Assembly (NCBI GenBank): GCA_050246815.1
Contig: JBFWVI010000001.1
Location: 35,433 to 99,432 of the forward strand
Length of the DNA: 64,000 nucleotides
Reading direction: 5' to 3'
Source: Bdellovibrionales bacterium
GTDB lineage: Bacteria; Bdellovibrionota; Bdellovibrionia; Bdellovibrionales; UBA1609
The notes beneath the pieces are model-generated. The model was not told the origin of the DNA. It saw only the letters and a list, made by a program, of their open reading frames with translations, and ran no database searches. A program made the translations under genes and the position numbers. This document shows positions 20,606 to 30,184 of this stretch, one piece after another; position 1 is the first letter of the stretch; every line of letters begins with the position of its first letter.

Positions 20606-21339
20606 CCGATGACTTCTGCTGGATTTTGGGAGGCCATGTCAAAAACAATCGCCCGGGCTGAATATTTGTTTAGGACTTCACCTTTTTGCGACCCCAAGCC
20701 AGCCACCACTTTGGTTAAGCCATCAGCCAATGCACAGGTTGGGGCCACAACACTAATCAAGGTTTCATTTGCAGAGGTTGAAATCCCGCGACTGGCGAAA
20801 CGCTCACGCGAGGCATTTTGCAGGGATTGGGGTTTGGTCAAAGATGTGGCCAATGCCCCTTCTATGAGTTCAATTTCAGCTAAGGGTTGTGGACTTAAGG
20901 GGGATGCAATGGGGATCTTTTGCAAGCGTGGTCCGAAGGCCCTTAGATCGCCACCGGCATTCACCAAACCTTGTTTCACCCCAGCGGCCTTTAAAAAGTC
21001 GACGGCCTGATCCACGGCGTAGCCTTTGGCAATGCCGCCTAAATCCAATTTATTGTTGGTGAAGGGGCAAAAAGAGCCATGGGAATTTTTAAAAAGATCG
21101 CGGGTGATGGCCAAAAGATTTTCACTCCAGGTGAAAGCGTCGGGGTTCATTTTTTCATTCAAGGAATGCAGCCAATTGCCTGGACGAAAAAAACTGGCCT
21201 CGCGGTCGATTTCCTCAATTAGCGAAAAAGCCTGGGTGATCAAGGGGTGTGCAGATTCTTCATCAAGCCCCTCAACCGTGATCGTGATGTAGGTGCCCAA
21301 AATTGGGCGTCGTCTATGGATTTTGTTTTGCGGGATCAT
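20599..21339 (-). CDS. apbE: FAD:protein FMN transferase
   Basis: LGT, LDLGGIAKGYAVD, VNAGGDL, ATS, ADGLTK. Confidence 0.92.
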   Translation of the reverse strand: MIPQNKIHRRRPILGTYITITVEGLDEESAHPLITQAFSLIEEIDREASFFRPGNWLHSLNEKMNPDAFTWSENLLAITRDLFKNSHGSFCPFTNNKLDLGGIAKGYAVDQAVDFLKAAGVKQGLVNAGGDLRAFGPRLQKIPIASPLSPQPLAEIELIEGALATSLTKPQSLQNASRERFASRGISTSANETLISVVAPTCALADGLTKVVAGLGSQKGEVLNKYSARAIVFDMASQNPAEVIGW

Positions 21340-21874
21340 AGTTTTTCAACATATGCTGATAAAGCGACAACAGACGCTTTGCGCCTTCAGCCAGGTGACG
21401 GCAAGAAAGCGTCGCGCCCGAAATATTTTTGATGCTTTGATTAAATTGAATGCTTTCCACCGAATTTTTACCAACAAACTGCTCGCGCCATTTGGCATCA
21501 CGCACTTCATCGCCATAGCTTTCGCGGTACTCTAGGATTTCAATTCCCAGGACTTTGCCACTTTTGTCGATCGCCATTGCGTAGAGGATATCTTCGTGCT
21601 TACCTAAAACGCGGTCCAATATAAACCAATCGTCTTCGTTCGAGCGCCAAAGGCGGGGTTGAATTTTAGGCCAACGGACTCCGCTTTCTTGCGCCACCAA
21701 AGCCCGAGTGACTTCGGGCAAGGCCAGAACCACTTCGCTTAATGTTTTTTGCGGCAAAAGAACATTTTGCGCCTGCTCTAGACTTAAGTAAGTTTCGGCG
21801 CCTGAGGCCGGTTGGGTGAAACCCGCGGCAATTGGAATTAAGAAAGTGGCTTGCGCGTAAGGCTTAAAATTCAT
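21314..21874 (-). CDS. FMN-binding (flavinylated) exported protein
   Basis: YRESYG.EV...WREQF and ISGATLS flavinylation motif; start MNFKPY. Confidence 0.88.
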   Translation of the reverse strand: MNFKPYAQATFLIPIAAGFTQPASGAETYLSLEQAQNVLLPQKTLSEVVLALPEVTRALVAQESGVRWPKIQPRLWRSNEDDWFILDRVLGKHEDILYAMAIDKSGKVLGIEILEYRESYGDEVRDAKWREQFVGKNSVESIQFNQSIKNISGATLSCRHLAEGAKRLLSLYQHMLKNYDPAKQNP

Positions 21875-21878
21875 GGCG

Positions 21879-22748
21879 TCACAGGGTCCAAGCCATAACC
21901 AAGCGGGTTTCATGCACTTCGTGTTCACTTAGGTGCAAGTTGTGTCGGCGGGAATGGTCATCCATCCAACCGTAAACTTGCGGCAAAAATGTCAAAGTCG
22001 CCCAAAAGTGCTTTTTTGCGTAGTGAATGTTTGGGCCTAAAAAAAGCGCATAGTGTTCAATGGGAAATTCGGTGTCAGGATACTCCGAGTGGTAGCGGGC
22101 TTCAAGCCCGGCCATCCAATTTGAGCGCAAGCGGTAAGAAAGTCCTGTGGTGGCTTCCACCGCCAATTCGCTGGCGAAATCGTCCTCGCCCTCGAAGCGG
22201 CGCCATTCCCACTCGGGCGAGAAGTTGAAGGCAAAAATTAAAGTGTCATCCATAAAGTTTTTTTGGAATAAAACCTTAAATTCGAAAGAGTACTCTTGCT
22301 GACGTTGGCCGGTGATTTTGAACACCGTTGAGTAGCCAGGCTCAAAGTAAAGTGAAAGTCCATACGGGTTTTGGTACGGGCTTTTTAAGTTGTGAACAGC
22401 GGCAAACTGCACGCCTTGAAAGTTGAAGGATTCACGATTGGCGTACTCGGGGTCACCATTTTCATCGGTGGGTGCGGCATTTTCAATCTTGTGGTAGCTT
22501 TGATTTAGATACATGGCCACAGCGGTTTTGTCGGTCCAGCCGTACTCAATTTCTTGGCGGATATCCAAGGCGCGATATTTGCCCGCGCCTTTGTTGGCGC
22601 GGTAAGTGGTCCAACTGTAAACTTCAAGGGCCCCTTTAGGGAAAGGCTCGGCCGTGTAGCTGTAGCCGAAGATTTTTTCGCCAGCAAAAGTGGGACAAGT
22701 CAGGGTCGTCGCGGCAATCAAAAACAAGACTGAAAGTAAGCGAAGCAT
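21879..22748 (-). CDS. outer-membrane beta-barrel protein (DUF6662-like)
   Basis: signal peptide, FGYSYTAE..PKG, EIEYGWTD, FLGPNIHY, amphipathic strands. Confidence 0.7.
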   Translation of the reverse strand: MLRLLSVLFLIAATTLTCPTFAGEKIFGYSYTAEPFPKGALEVYSWTTYRANKGAGKYRALDIRQEIEYGWTDKTAVAMYLNQSYHKIENAAPTDENGDPEYANRESFNFQGVQFAAVHNLKSPYQNPYGLSLYFEPGYSTVFKITGQRQQEYSFEFKVLFQKNFMDDTLIFAFNFSPEWEWRRFEGEDDFASELAVEATTGLSYRLRSNWMAGLEARYHSEYPDTEFPIEHYALFLGPNIHYAKKHFWATLTFLPQVYGWMDDHSRRHNLHLSEHEVHETRLVMAWTL

Positions 22749-22893
22749 CGGGGTCCTTTCAATTGGGTAACTTGGCTAACAGAAGTACGAATTGTGATTG
22801 GCAAAGTCAAAGAACCGGCCTAAACGACGAAGGTCGAAAATCTATTAAAAAGGTAAGGAAAACCAAATGAGAATGCGAGACGAAATGTCCCGC

Positions 22894-23994
22894 CTAAACG
22901 TTGAACCTAAACAGCATGATGTCACCGTCTTGGACAATGTAATCTTTGCCTTCCGAGCGATAACGGCCGGCCTCTTTGACCGCCGCTTCGGTTTTGTATT
23001 TGAAGAGGTCATCGCAGTGATAAGTTTCAGCGCGAATAAAACCGCGTTCAAAATCCGAGTGGATCACGCCAGCCGCACCAGGGGCCTTGGTGCCGCGTTC
23101 AATGGTCCAAGCCCGCACTTCTTTTTCGCCGGCGGTGAAGTAGGTGATTAAGTTTAAAAGTTTGTAAGATTCGCGAATCAGGCGGCTTAAGCCCGACTCC
23201 TCAACGCCCATGGATTTTAGAAATTCCACGCGTTCTTCCGGGGCCAGTTGGGCAATCTCGGCCTCCATCGCGCTGCAAATCATGAGGCTCTGATTACCTT
23301 CAGACTGCGCACGAGCTTTGACCTTGTCGACCAAATCCGATTTGCCACTTTGAAACTCAGCTTCGCCCACATTGCAAACGTAAAGCACCGGCTTGCTGGT
23401 CAGCAGATGCAGTTCTTTTAAAATTGGCATTTCGGCTTCTTCAACCGGCACGGTGCGGGCCGGTTTTCCGGCCTGAAGTGCATCGTAAAGCTTTTTGCAG
23501 ATGCTGAATTCGACTTTGATTTTAGCGTCTTTGGTCGATTGGGCAATTTTCTCGATCTTTTTGTAGCGCTTTTCGACGGAGTCCAGGTCAGCCAGCATCA
23601 GTTCGGTGTTGATCACGTCGATGTCGCGAATGGGGTCCACATGGCCTGAAACGTGAATGACGTTGGGGTCCTCAAAACAGCGCACCACATGCACGATGGC
23701 ATTGGTTTCACGGATGTTAGCCAAAAATTTATTTCCCAAGCCTTCGCCTTGGCTGGCGCCGGCCACAAGTCCCGCGATGTCCACAAACTCCATGACCGTC
23801 GGTACGGTTTGCTGAGGTTTGACGAAAGCGGTGATTTGGTCCAAACGTGAATCGGGCACGGTCACCACCCCGACGTTGGGATCAATGGTGCAAAACGGAT
23901 AATTGGCGGCTTCTGCTTTTGCGGAGGTCAAAGCATTAAAGAGAGTGCTTTTGCCGACGTTGGGAAGTCCGACGATGCCACATTGTAAAGCCAT
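22894..23994 (-). CDS. ychF: ribosome-binding ATPase YchF
   Basis: [40 protein letters not shown]. Confidence 0.98.
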   Translation of the reverse strand: MALQCGIVGLPNVGKSTLFNALTSAKAEAANYPFCTIDPNVGVVTVPDSRLDQITAFVKPQQTVPTVMEFVDIAGLVAGASQGEGLGNKFLANIRETNAIVHVVRCFEDPNVIHVSGHVDPIRDIDVINTELMLADLDSVEKRYKKIEKIAQSTKDAKIKVEFSICKKLYDALQAGKPARTVPVEEAEMPILKELHLLTSKPVLYVCNVGEAEFQSGKSDLVDKVKARAQSEGNQSLMICSAMEAEIAQLAPEERVEFLKSMGVEESGLSRLIRESYKLLNLITYFTAGEKEVRAWTIERGTKAPGAAGVIHSDFERGFIRAETYHCDDLFKYKTEAAVKEAGRYRSEGKDYIVQDGDIMLFRFNV

Positions 23995-24000
23995 TTTCAG

Positions 24001-24582
24001 TTATCCTTTCGCGGCCGCGTTGAATTGATTGGCGGCGCGTTCGGTGCCGTTTTTAATCCAGTATTCGATCGCATCCAAACCGTCACCTAAGAACTGCGCA
24101 AGCTTGTCCGCGGGCTCAGTGAAGTTTGCCAAAACGTAATCCGCAATGCTGTGCCGGGGATCGGCCGGACGACCCACACCCATTTTAAGGCGGGCATAAT
24201 CATCCGAGCCCAAAATTTGATGGATGTTTTTGATGCCATTTTGCCCGCCAGGGCCACGTCGGATGTGAAAACGAAATTCACCAAATGGCAAATCCACGTC
24301 GTCATGCACCACCAGCAGATCAGGTCGTTCGATACGGTAAAAGCTCATGATGGGATGGACTGCCTCGCCAGATCGGTTCATGTAAGTCTGCGGTTTTACC
24401 AAAAGCAGATCTTGGCCCTGCCACTTCAATTTGCAGATTTGTGCTTTAAATTGAGTTTCAGTTTTAAAGCTTGAGCCGGGACTGAGCTGCTCAAGCAGCC
24501 CATCCATCATCAAAAAGCCCACATTGTGGCGATTGAGAATATATTTTTGACCGGGATTGCCCAAGCCGACGATGAGTTTCAC
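24001..24582 (-). CDS. pth: peptidyl-tRNA hydrolase
   Basis: LIVGLGNPG, RHNVGF, KPQTYMNRSG, HDDVDL. Confidence 0.97.
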   Translation of the reverse strand: MKLIVGLGNPGQKYILNRHNVGFLMMDGLLEQLSPGSSFKTETQFKAQICKLKWQGQDLLLVKPQTYMNRSGEAVHPIMSFYRIERPDLLVVHDDVDLPFGEFRFHIRRGPGGQNGIKNIHQILGSDDYARLKMGVGRPADPRHSIADYVLANFTEPADKLAQFLGDGLDAIEYWIKNGTERAANQFNAAAKG

Positions 24583-24611
24583 CGGGTGCTCTCCCTAAGC
24601 GGCAAAAAGGA

Positions 24612-25325
24612 TTACTTCTTTTCGGCTTTCTTGTCGCCACCAGCAGCCGGGGCCGCCGCAGCCGGGGCTGCGCCAGGAGCCGCCGCAGGAGCGCCAGCAG
24701 CCGGGGCTGCGCCAGGAGCCGCTGCCGCATCCGCCGCTGCCACAGGAGCCGCTGCCACGATTTCTTCGACGATTGCACAGTTGGCTATGGTCTCTTGCGG
24801 CGAGGTGATCAGCTTGACGCCCTCTGGGAAGGTCACATCCGAAACGTGCATGCTTTCATTTAAGCCCATGCCGCTGACATTAACTTCAAAGAACTCCGGG
24901 ATTGCCGTCGGCAAACATTCCACTTCGACGTCGCGGCGGATGGCGTTGAACACGCCGCCTTCACCAACGCCTAAAGCTTTGCCGGTGAAGCGAAGTTCCA
25001 CGTTCACGCGCACGTTCTTGGCCATGTCCAGTGCGTAAAAGTCCAAGTGGACGGGCTTACGGCTTAAGGGGTGGATGGTCAAAGCCTTACGCAGCACCTT
25101 GATGCCGTTTAAAGCTTTGTCTTCGGATTTAAAAGTGAAGATGGTGTTTTCAAAACCACGTTTGCTGTAGCGAACGGCGTCCAGTTCGAACAACGACAAG
25201 TTGAGCGGTTTGGTTTTGGGTCCATAGACCACGGCCGGGATTTGTTGTTCTTTGCGCGCGCTGCGCGAAAAGTGCTTACCGCTGGTGCGGGGTTTTACTT
25301 CGATTGTTAAATTCTGCTGTGCCAT
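24612..25325 (-). CDS. rplY: 50S ribosomal protein L25/Ctc
   Basis: IPAVVYG, HLDFY, VECLPTAIP; prs-rplY-pth-ychF synteny. Confidence 0.95.
   Translation of the reverse strand: MAQQNLTIEVKPRTSGKHFSRSARKEQQIPAVVYGPKTKPLNLSLFELDAVRYSKRGFENTIFTFKSEDKALNGIKVLRKALTIHPLSRKPVHLDFYALDMAKNVRVNVELRFTGKALGVGEGGVFNAIRRDVEVECLPTAIPEFFEVNVSGMGLNESMHVSDVTFPEGVKLITSPQETIANCAIVEEIVAAAPVAAADAAAAPGAAPAAGAPAAAPGAAPAAAAPAAGGDKKAEKK
24658..24722. repeat. 26-bp direct repeat in Ala/Pro-rich L25 tail
   Basis: GCAGCCGGGGCTGCGCCAGGAGCCGC at 24658-24683 and 24697-24722 (39-bp period). Confidence 0.85.
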
Positions 25326-25343
25326 CTTTTGTCTCCCAAAAAA

Positions 25344-26294
25344 CTATTGATCATCAAATAAAGCGCTTACTGAGTCGTAGGTGTAAATCCGGCGAATCGC
25401 TTCTGCCACCACCGGGGCCATCGAAACCACAGTAAATTTGTCGCTGTTTTTGGCCGCTTCCTTCAAAGGAATCGTGTCCGTCACCCACACCCTTTCGACG
25501 CCGCTTTCTTGTAAGCGGGTGATCGCCGGGCCCGAAAGCACGGGGTGGGTGGCAACAGCAAACACACGTTTTGCCCCATTTTTAAGCAGACTGTCAACAG
25601 CCTGAGTCAAAGTGCCGGCAGTGTCGATCATGTCGTCCAAAATAATGGCATCTTTACCTTTTACGTCACCGATCAGGTGATAGGCCTTGGCCTCGTTGGG
25701 GCCAGTTCGGCGCTTATCGATAATGGCAATGGGGCATTCAATGCGTTTGGCAAAGGCTCGGACCCGCTCCACCCCCCCGGCATCGGGGCTCACACAGACG
25801 AATTGATCGCCATGCCCCATGGATTCGCGCCAGGCGCGGGCCAGGGTGGGAATGGCAAATAAGTGGTCCACAGGGCCGTTAAAGAAGCCCTGGATCTGAG
25901 AGGAGTGCAAATCAACCACCACCAGGCGGTTGGCGCCTGCCGTGTGGCAGAGCTCGGCCACACATTTGGCGCTAATCGGGGCGCGTGGGGCAACCTTTCG
26001 ATCTTGGCGGGCATAGCCGTAATAGGGCATGACCAGAGTGATTTCTGCCGCCGATGCACGCTTAAAAGCATCCAAGATCAGAAAAAGCTCCATGTAGTTT
26101 TCATTGACCGGCGGGGAGGTGCTCTGAATCAGAAAAATGCTGCAACCGCGAACACTTTCATGAATCTCCACGCGGACTTCGCCGTCGGCAAAACGACCGA
26201 TGTCGCAGTGGCCAAGCTCAACTCCGGCCGCCTGAGCGACTTTTCGAGCAAAATCTACATTCGAATTACCGGAGAAAATTTTCATGCGCTTCAT
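25344..26294 (-). CDS. prs: ribose-phosphate pyrophosphokinase
   Basis: FADGE, PYYGYARQDRK, SPDAGG, DDMIDTAGT. Confidence 0.98.
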   Translation of the reverse strand: MKRMKIFSGNSNVDFARKVAQAAGVELGHCDIGRFADGEVRVEIHESVRGCSIFLIQSTSPPVNENYMELFLILDAFKRASAAEITLVMPYYGYARQDRKVAPRAPISAKCVAELCHTAGANRLVVVDLHSSQIQGFFNGPVDHLFAIPTLARAWRESMGHGDQFVCVSPDAGGVERVRAFAKRIECPIAIIDKRRTGPNEAKAYHLIGDVKGKDAIILDDMIDTAGTLTQAVDSLLKNGAKRVFAVATHPVLSGPAITRLQESGVERVWVTDTIPLKEAAKNSDKFTVVSMAPVVAEAIRRIYTYDSVSALFDDQ

Positions 26295-26425
26295 GGGTGC
26301 GAAAGTCTTAATCGATTGGGTGGGTAAAGTCCACTTTTGTCGAAGGATGACTTGAATTTGAAATCTACAGTATCTGGGGTCGCTAAGGTTGACTTTTTAC
26401 GGGGTCCGTTAAGTATACTTTCGGC

Positions 26426-26830
26426 ATGGAAATGCCAGCAACCCAATGGGACGTCAAACAAGAGAAAAATTGGGCCGTCATGGTCGTTGAGGGCCGTTTG
26501 GACTCATTTAATTTTGACCCTTTTTGCCGCCAGCTGAATGAATTGGTGCAGTCGGGGCGCAATCGGATTGCCCTGGATCTGTCGGGTGCCCGTTTTTTAA
26601 GCTTACCCAGCATCAAATACCTCACCACCTTTGCCGAAGAACTTGAAAAAGCCGGCGGCAATTTCGCTCTTTTAGCGGCCTCTGAAAAGTTAAAGCGTCA
26701 AATCGATGTGTATGCCACCTTGAACCCAATGAAGGTGGTTCGTAATCTTGAACAGCTGCACAATTGGGATCCTCAGGTTTCGCCGCTTCGCTCACCGGCG
26801 GTTCCATCTAAAGCTCACGCTGAAGTTTAG
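26426..26830 (+). CDS. STAS domain protein (anti-sigma factor antagonist-like)
   Basis: VEGRLD, IALDLSGARFLS. Confidence 0.8.
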   Translation: MEMPATQWDVKQEKNWAVMVVEGRLDSFNFDPFCRQLNELVQSGRNRIALDLSGARFLSLPSIKYLTTFAEELEKAGGNFALLAASEKLKRQIDVYATLNPMKVVRNLEQLHNWDPQVSPLRSPAVPSKAHAEV

Positions 26831-26837
26831 AGCGGTT

Positions 26838-27515
26838 ATGCCGCTGCTTTTTTTTGTGCTTTTGGCGGTGATGTTCTTTGGTACAAACGCCAAGGCCGCA
26901 GACTTTTCAGGTCATGCTGGCGCCACTTTGACTGGGGCGGCCGCCAGTATTTTGATGCACGAAAGCGGTCATGCCTTGGCCGCCAAAGCCGTCGGGTGGC
27001 AAATTGTGGCCTTCAAACCTTATCCGACGAAGCTCAAAATTCCTTTAAAAGAGGGTGGCGCCAAAGAAGTTTGGGCCGGGGGCTTGGTGCATTTTCTTCC
27101 CTCAGAGCCAGCCGCAAGCCCTGAACGGCGGGGCCACCAGGCCTGGGTTTCGGCGATGGGCAGTGTGGGGAATAGTTTGGCGGTTTTAGCCTTAGCTCCG
27201 TTGCTACCCGAGTTGGGTGGTTTTGGGGCCATGGCTTTGAATGACGCCATGATCATGTCCACTTTTGATTGGCCGGCCTATGCGCTGATCGACAGTTTGG
27301 TTTATTGGAAACTTTTGAAGGGCACGCCTTACAATGATTGGCATCAGGTGTCCTTGAACACGGGAATCGCCACGCCTTGGTATTTCTTGGCGGGGATGGG
27401 AGTCAGTTTTCTGCTGAACCAATACCATCGATATTGGCAAAATGAAGCGGCAGAGCGAGGGGCTTTGCCGACGGAGTTTCGCACCAACATAGTCGGCGCG
27501 AAGTTTTTGTTTTAG
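26838..27515 (+). CDS. membrane protein with HExxH motif (M50-like peptidase)
   Basis: MHESGHALAA within hydrophobic helix; several TM segments; start MPLLFF. Confidence 0.6.
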   Translation: MPLLFFVLLAVMFFGTNAKAADFSGHAGATLTGAAASILMHESGHALAAKAVGWQIVAFKPYPTKLKIPLKEGGAKEVWAGGLVHFLPSEPAASPERRGHQAWVSAMGSVGNSLAVLALAPLLPELGGFGAMALNDAMIMSTFDWPAYALIDSLVYWKLLKGTPYNDWHQVSLNTGIATPWYFLAGMGVSFLLNQYHRYWQNEAAERGALPTEFRTNIVGAKFLF

Positions 27516-27612
27516 TAACGGCACAAGGGTTGAAATAACCCTTTGCATCTGTAAAAACAATCCCAGGAGCAGAAAGTCGCTCTTCTGCACTCAGTTTAAA
27601 AAGTAGTTGGCT

Positions 27613-28200
27613 CTATTTGCTTTGCAACAACTCGTAAAGCTTACGAATTGCCTGGCCGCGATGGGAGATTTTGTTTTTAAACGCTAAACCCAGCTCGCCA
27701 AAAGTTTTGCTTTCGCCTTCGGGAATGAAAATCGCGTCGTAGCCAAAGCCGGCTTGGCCGACCGCTTTTTCGGCGATGGAACCTTCAACCACTCCGTCAA
27801 TCACATGCTCTTGGCCAGTGGGATCAAACACCACGAAGGCACAGACAAAGCGGGCTTTGCGGTTTAAGGGAGAGCGAATTTGCAGCATCTTCAAAACTTT
27901 GGCATTGTTTTCGGCGTCGGAGGCTTTGGGGCCGGCGTAGCGGGCTGAATGAACCCCCGGCATTTTGCCAAGGCCATCCACTTCAAGGCCACTGTCGTCG
28001 GCGACCACCCAAACTCCGGGCTTCATCGCCTTCATGCTGCGTGCCTTGATGCGGGCGTTGTCGACAAAAGTGGCGCCGGTTTCGGGCGGCGCAGAGTAAA
28101 CTTTCATCTCGCTGGCCCCGTGCAAATCAACACCGCTTAAAAGACTTTTGAATTCACTCAGCTTACCTTGATTGGTGGTGGCCACCCAAAGTTCAGTCAT
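27613..28200 (-). CDS. rdgB: dITP/XTP pyrophosphatase
   Basis: ATTNQGK, DDSGL, SARYAG, GFGYD, KISHRG. Confidence 0.96.
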   Translation of the reverse strand: MTELWVATTNQGKLSEFKSLLSGVDLHGASEMKVYSAPPETGATFVDNARIKARSMKAMKPGVWVVADDSGLEVDGLGKMPGVHSARYAGPKASDAENNAKVLKMLQIRSPLNRKARFVCAFVVFDPTGQEHVIDGVVEGSIAEKAVGQAGFGYDAIFIPEGESKTFGELGLAFKNKISHRGQAIRKLYELLQSK

Positions 28201-28210
28201 AAAGGACTTC

Positions 28211-28942
28211 CTAAAGAGGGAAGATGTTCTTGATCAATTCACTTTGGTGTCGAAAAAGTTCACGGCAGCCGACATCCGCAAGCTCGGTCATGGCGTTCAT
28301 TTGCTCGCGCGAGAAGGCTTCGCCTTCGGCGGTGCCTTGGATCTCGACAAAATCGCCCCGACTGGTCATGACAAAGTTCATGTCTGTGCTGCAGGCAAAA
28401 TCTTCATCATAGCAAAGATCCAAAATAGGTTTTGGGCCTTGCATGCCGACACTGATTGCCGCGACATAGTGTTTCAAGGGAAGAGTTTTGATGTCGCCAC
28501 GGTCTTTCATGAATTTGAGTGCAAAGGCCAATGCCACAAAACCGCCGGTGACTGCCGCCGTGCGGGTGCCGCCGTCGGCTTGCAAGACATCACAATCGAT
28601 CATCACTTGGCGTTCACCTAGGGCCTTTAAATCCACAGCAGCGCGAAGACTGCGACCGATCAAACGAGAGATCTCTTGGGTGCGGCCCGAGTTGGCGGCC
28701 TTTTCACGCTGCATGCGGGTGTGGGTCGAGCGTGGCAACATGCCGTATTCGGCCGTCACCCAGCCTTGCCCTGTGCCCTGCAGCCATTTGGGAGCTGTAT
28801 TTTCAACTGTGGCCGTACAAAAGACTCGAGTGTGGCCAAAACGAACTTCCACGCTGCCTTCGGCATAGCGGGCCACTTCGGGGATCAATTCCACAGTTCT
28901 TAACTGATTGTCTTTTCTTCCGTCTGCGCGCATGGCGGTCAC
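28211..28942 (-). CDS. rph: ribonuclease PH
   Basis: [42 protein letters not shown]. Confidence 0.97.
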   Translation of the reverse strand: MTAMRADGRKDNQLRTVELIPEVARYAEGSVEVRFGHTRVFCTATVENTAPKWLQGTGQGWVTAEYGMLPRSTHTRMQREKAANSGRTQEISRLIGRSLRAAVDLKALGERQVMIDCDVLQADGGTRTAAVTGGFVALAFALKFMKDRGDIKTLPLKHYVAAISVGMQGPKPILDLCYDEDFACSTDMNFVMTSRGDFVEIQGTAEGEAFSREQMNAMTELADVGCRELFRHQSELIKNIFPL

Positions 28943-29703
28943 TGTAGGCGGGGTGCCTGGGGTTTGTCCAATGATTCGTGATAACGGATCAGGCCTTCAT
29001 GAAGACTTTGCGCCACCAGTTGTTGATATTCGGCGGTGACCAATCTCAGACGCTCTTCAGGGTGTGATAAATAGCCAATTTCGATCAAAGCCGAAGGGAT
29101 GGTCAAATTACTGATCACAAAAAAAGGAGCTTGGCGAATCGATTTGGATTTGGCCTTATGGCCACCGCGCCAAGCCAGCTCCAAGGATTTGGCAAGTCTG
29201 CTGCTGGCATAAACCCTTTGGTTGCGGGCTAAGTCACGAATGATCAATTGCACTTCCGATGGCACGGCTGTTTCCGCTTCAAGCAGACCCCTTGCGTGGC
29301 CCTCATTTTCACGGGCGGCCAAATACATGGACTCTTCATCTGGGGGCAATTGGTTTTGAAAATAGATTTCAACGCCACGGGCTTTGGGGTCCGTGGACCA
29401 ATTGGCGTGAATACTCAGCAGCAAATCACCCTTGGCCTGTTCGGCCCGACGGACCCGCTCGCCAAGGTCTAAAAATTCATCGTTTCGGCGGGTCATATAG
29501 GCAACGAAGCGGCCGTCTTCTTTCAACCGCTCATACAGCATTTCGGTGACCGACAAAGTGATATGGGATTCTTTGCTGTCCGCCGCATGAGCACCTTCGT
29601 CTTTGCCGCCATGGCCCGGATCCAAAATGACTTTCAAAGGGGCGGCGCCGCTTTCGATTGCGAAAAGCATGAAAATGGTAATCGGTAAAACCTTTGCATT
29701 CAT
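28939..29703 (-). CDS. N-acetylmuramoyl-L-alanine amidase (Amidase_3)
   Basis: DPGHGG, SIHAN, LIEIGY; signal peptide from MNAKVL. Confidence 0.92.
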   Translation of the reverse strand: MNAKVLPITIFMLFAIESGAAPLKVILDPGHGGKDEGAHAADSKESHITLSVTEMLYERLKEDGRFVAYMTRRNDEFLDLGERVRRAEQAKGDLLLSIHANWSTDPKARGVEIYFQNQLPPDEESMYLAARENEGHARGLLEAETAVPSEVQLIIRDLARNQRVYASSRLAKSLELAWRGGHKAKSKSIRQAPFFVISNLTIPSALIEIGYLSHPEERLRLVTAEYQQLVAQSLHEGLIRYHESLDKPQAPRLQ

Positions 29704-29796
29704 TCTGTCTAGAATACCGTGAGGCGCGGTGTTCACGGCAGACCAGGGACTTTGAATCTCGGCAAACGGCTTGGGCTTTTCGGTGGTCAAAAGGCG

Positions 29797-29836
29797 AAAA
29801 AAAAGCGACCTGGGGGTAAGGAGGGGACCAGGTCGC
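29797..29836 (-). terminator. intrinsic terminator
   Basis: 9-bp perfect stem GCGACCTGG/CCAGGTCGC, 14-nt loop, then T8. Confidence 0.8.
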
Positions 29837-29851
29837 CAAGGGGGGGATACC
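29797..29851 (-). ncRNA. candidate sigma54-dependent small RNA (~55 nt)
   Basis: bounded by a consensus sigma54 promoter and an intrinsic terminator; C-rich; contains no ATG. Confidence 0.55.
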
Positions 29852-29861
29852 CTTAGTACTA

Positions 29862-29877
29862 AGCAAGTGAGGTGCCA
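29862..29877 (-). promoter_or_regulatory. sigma54 -24/-12 promoter
   Basis: TGGCACCTCACTTGCT = TGGCAC-N5-TTGCW. Confidence 0.75.
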
Positions 29878-30184
29878 GCGATCGGTCACCCCAGAGCTCA
29901 TATATTAATTTTAGGGCATTCAGAAGTGCGTCTTATGGTAAGGATTACGCAATTCTGGGAGCGTACCAATCAACTCTGGTCAATTTAAGACGCATTGCAA
30001 TATTACAAGTTATCGGAATTACTAGCTTTTTAAATGTTCATCATTTGCAGTGCCATTTTCGGGCAGGGTGACGAAATTTTTCAAAGCAAAAGATCTACTT
30101 AACGCGATGCATGGTTAAGCTGGGCCCAAGGTCGGGCCGATAAGCAAAGGTGGGTGGCCAACCAGGTTGGTCCAGGGAGAATTT

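Noticed and set aside
22798..22845. GCAAAG...CCGGCCTAAAC resembling part of a c-di-GMP-I riboswitch
   Set aside because: No supporting stems, and it is antisense to both flanking genes
24526..25038. Ala-rich plus-strand ORF and similar long antisense ORFs (e.g. 2084-2560, 6334-6933, 30260-30874, 56769-57491)
   Set aside because: Shadow frames of well-supported genes on the opposite strand
29704..29901. N-terminal extension of the amidase in the ORF track
   Set aside because: Reads through a promoter and terminator and hides the signal peptide starting at 29703
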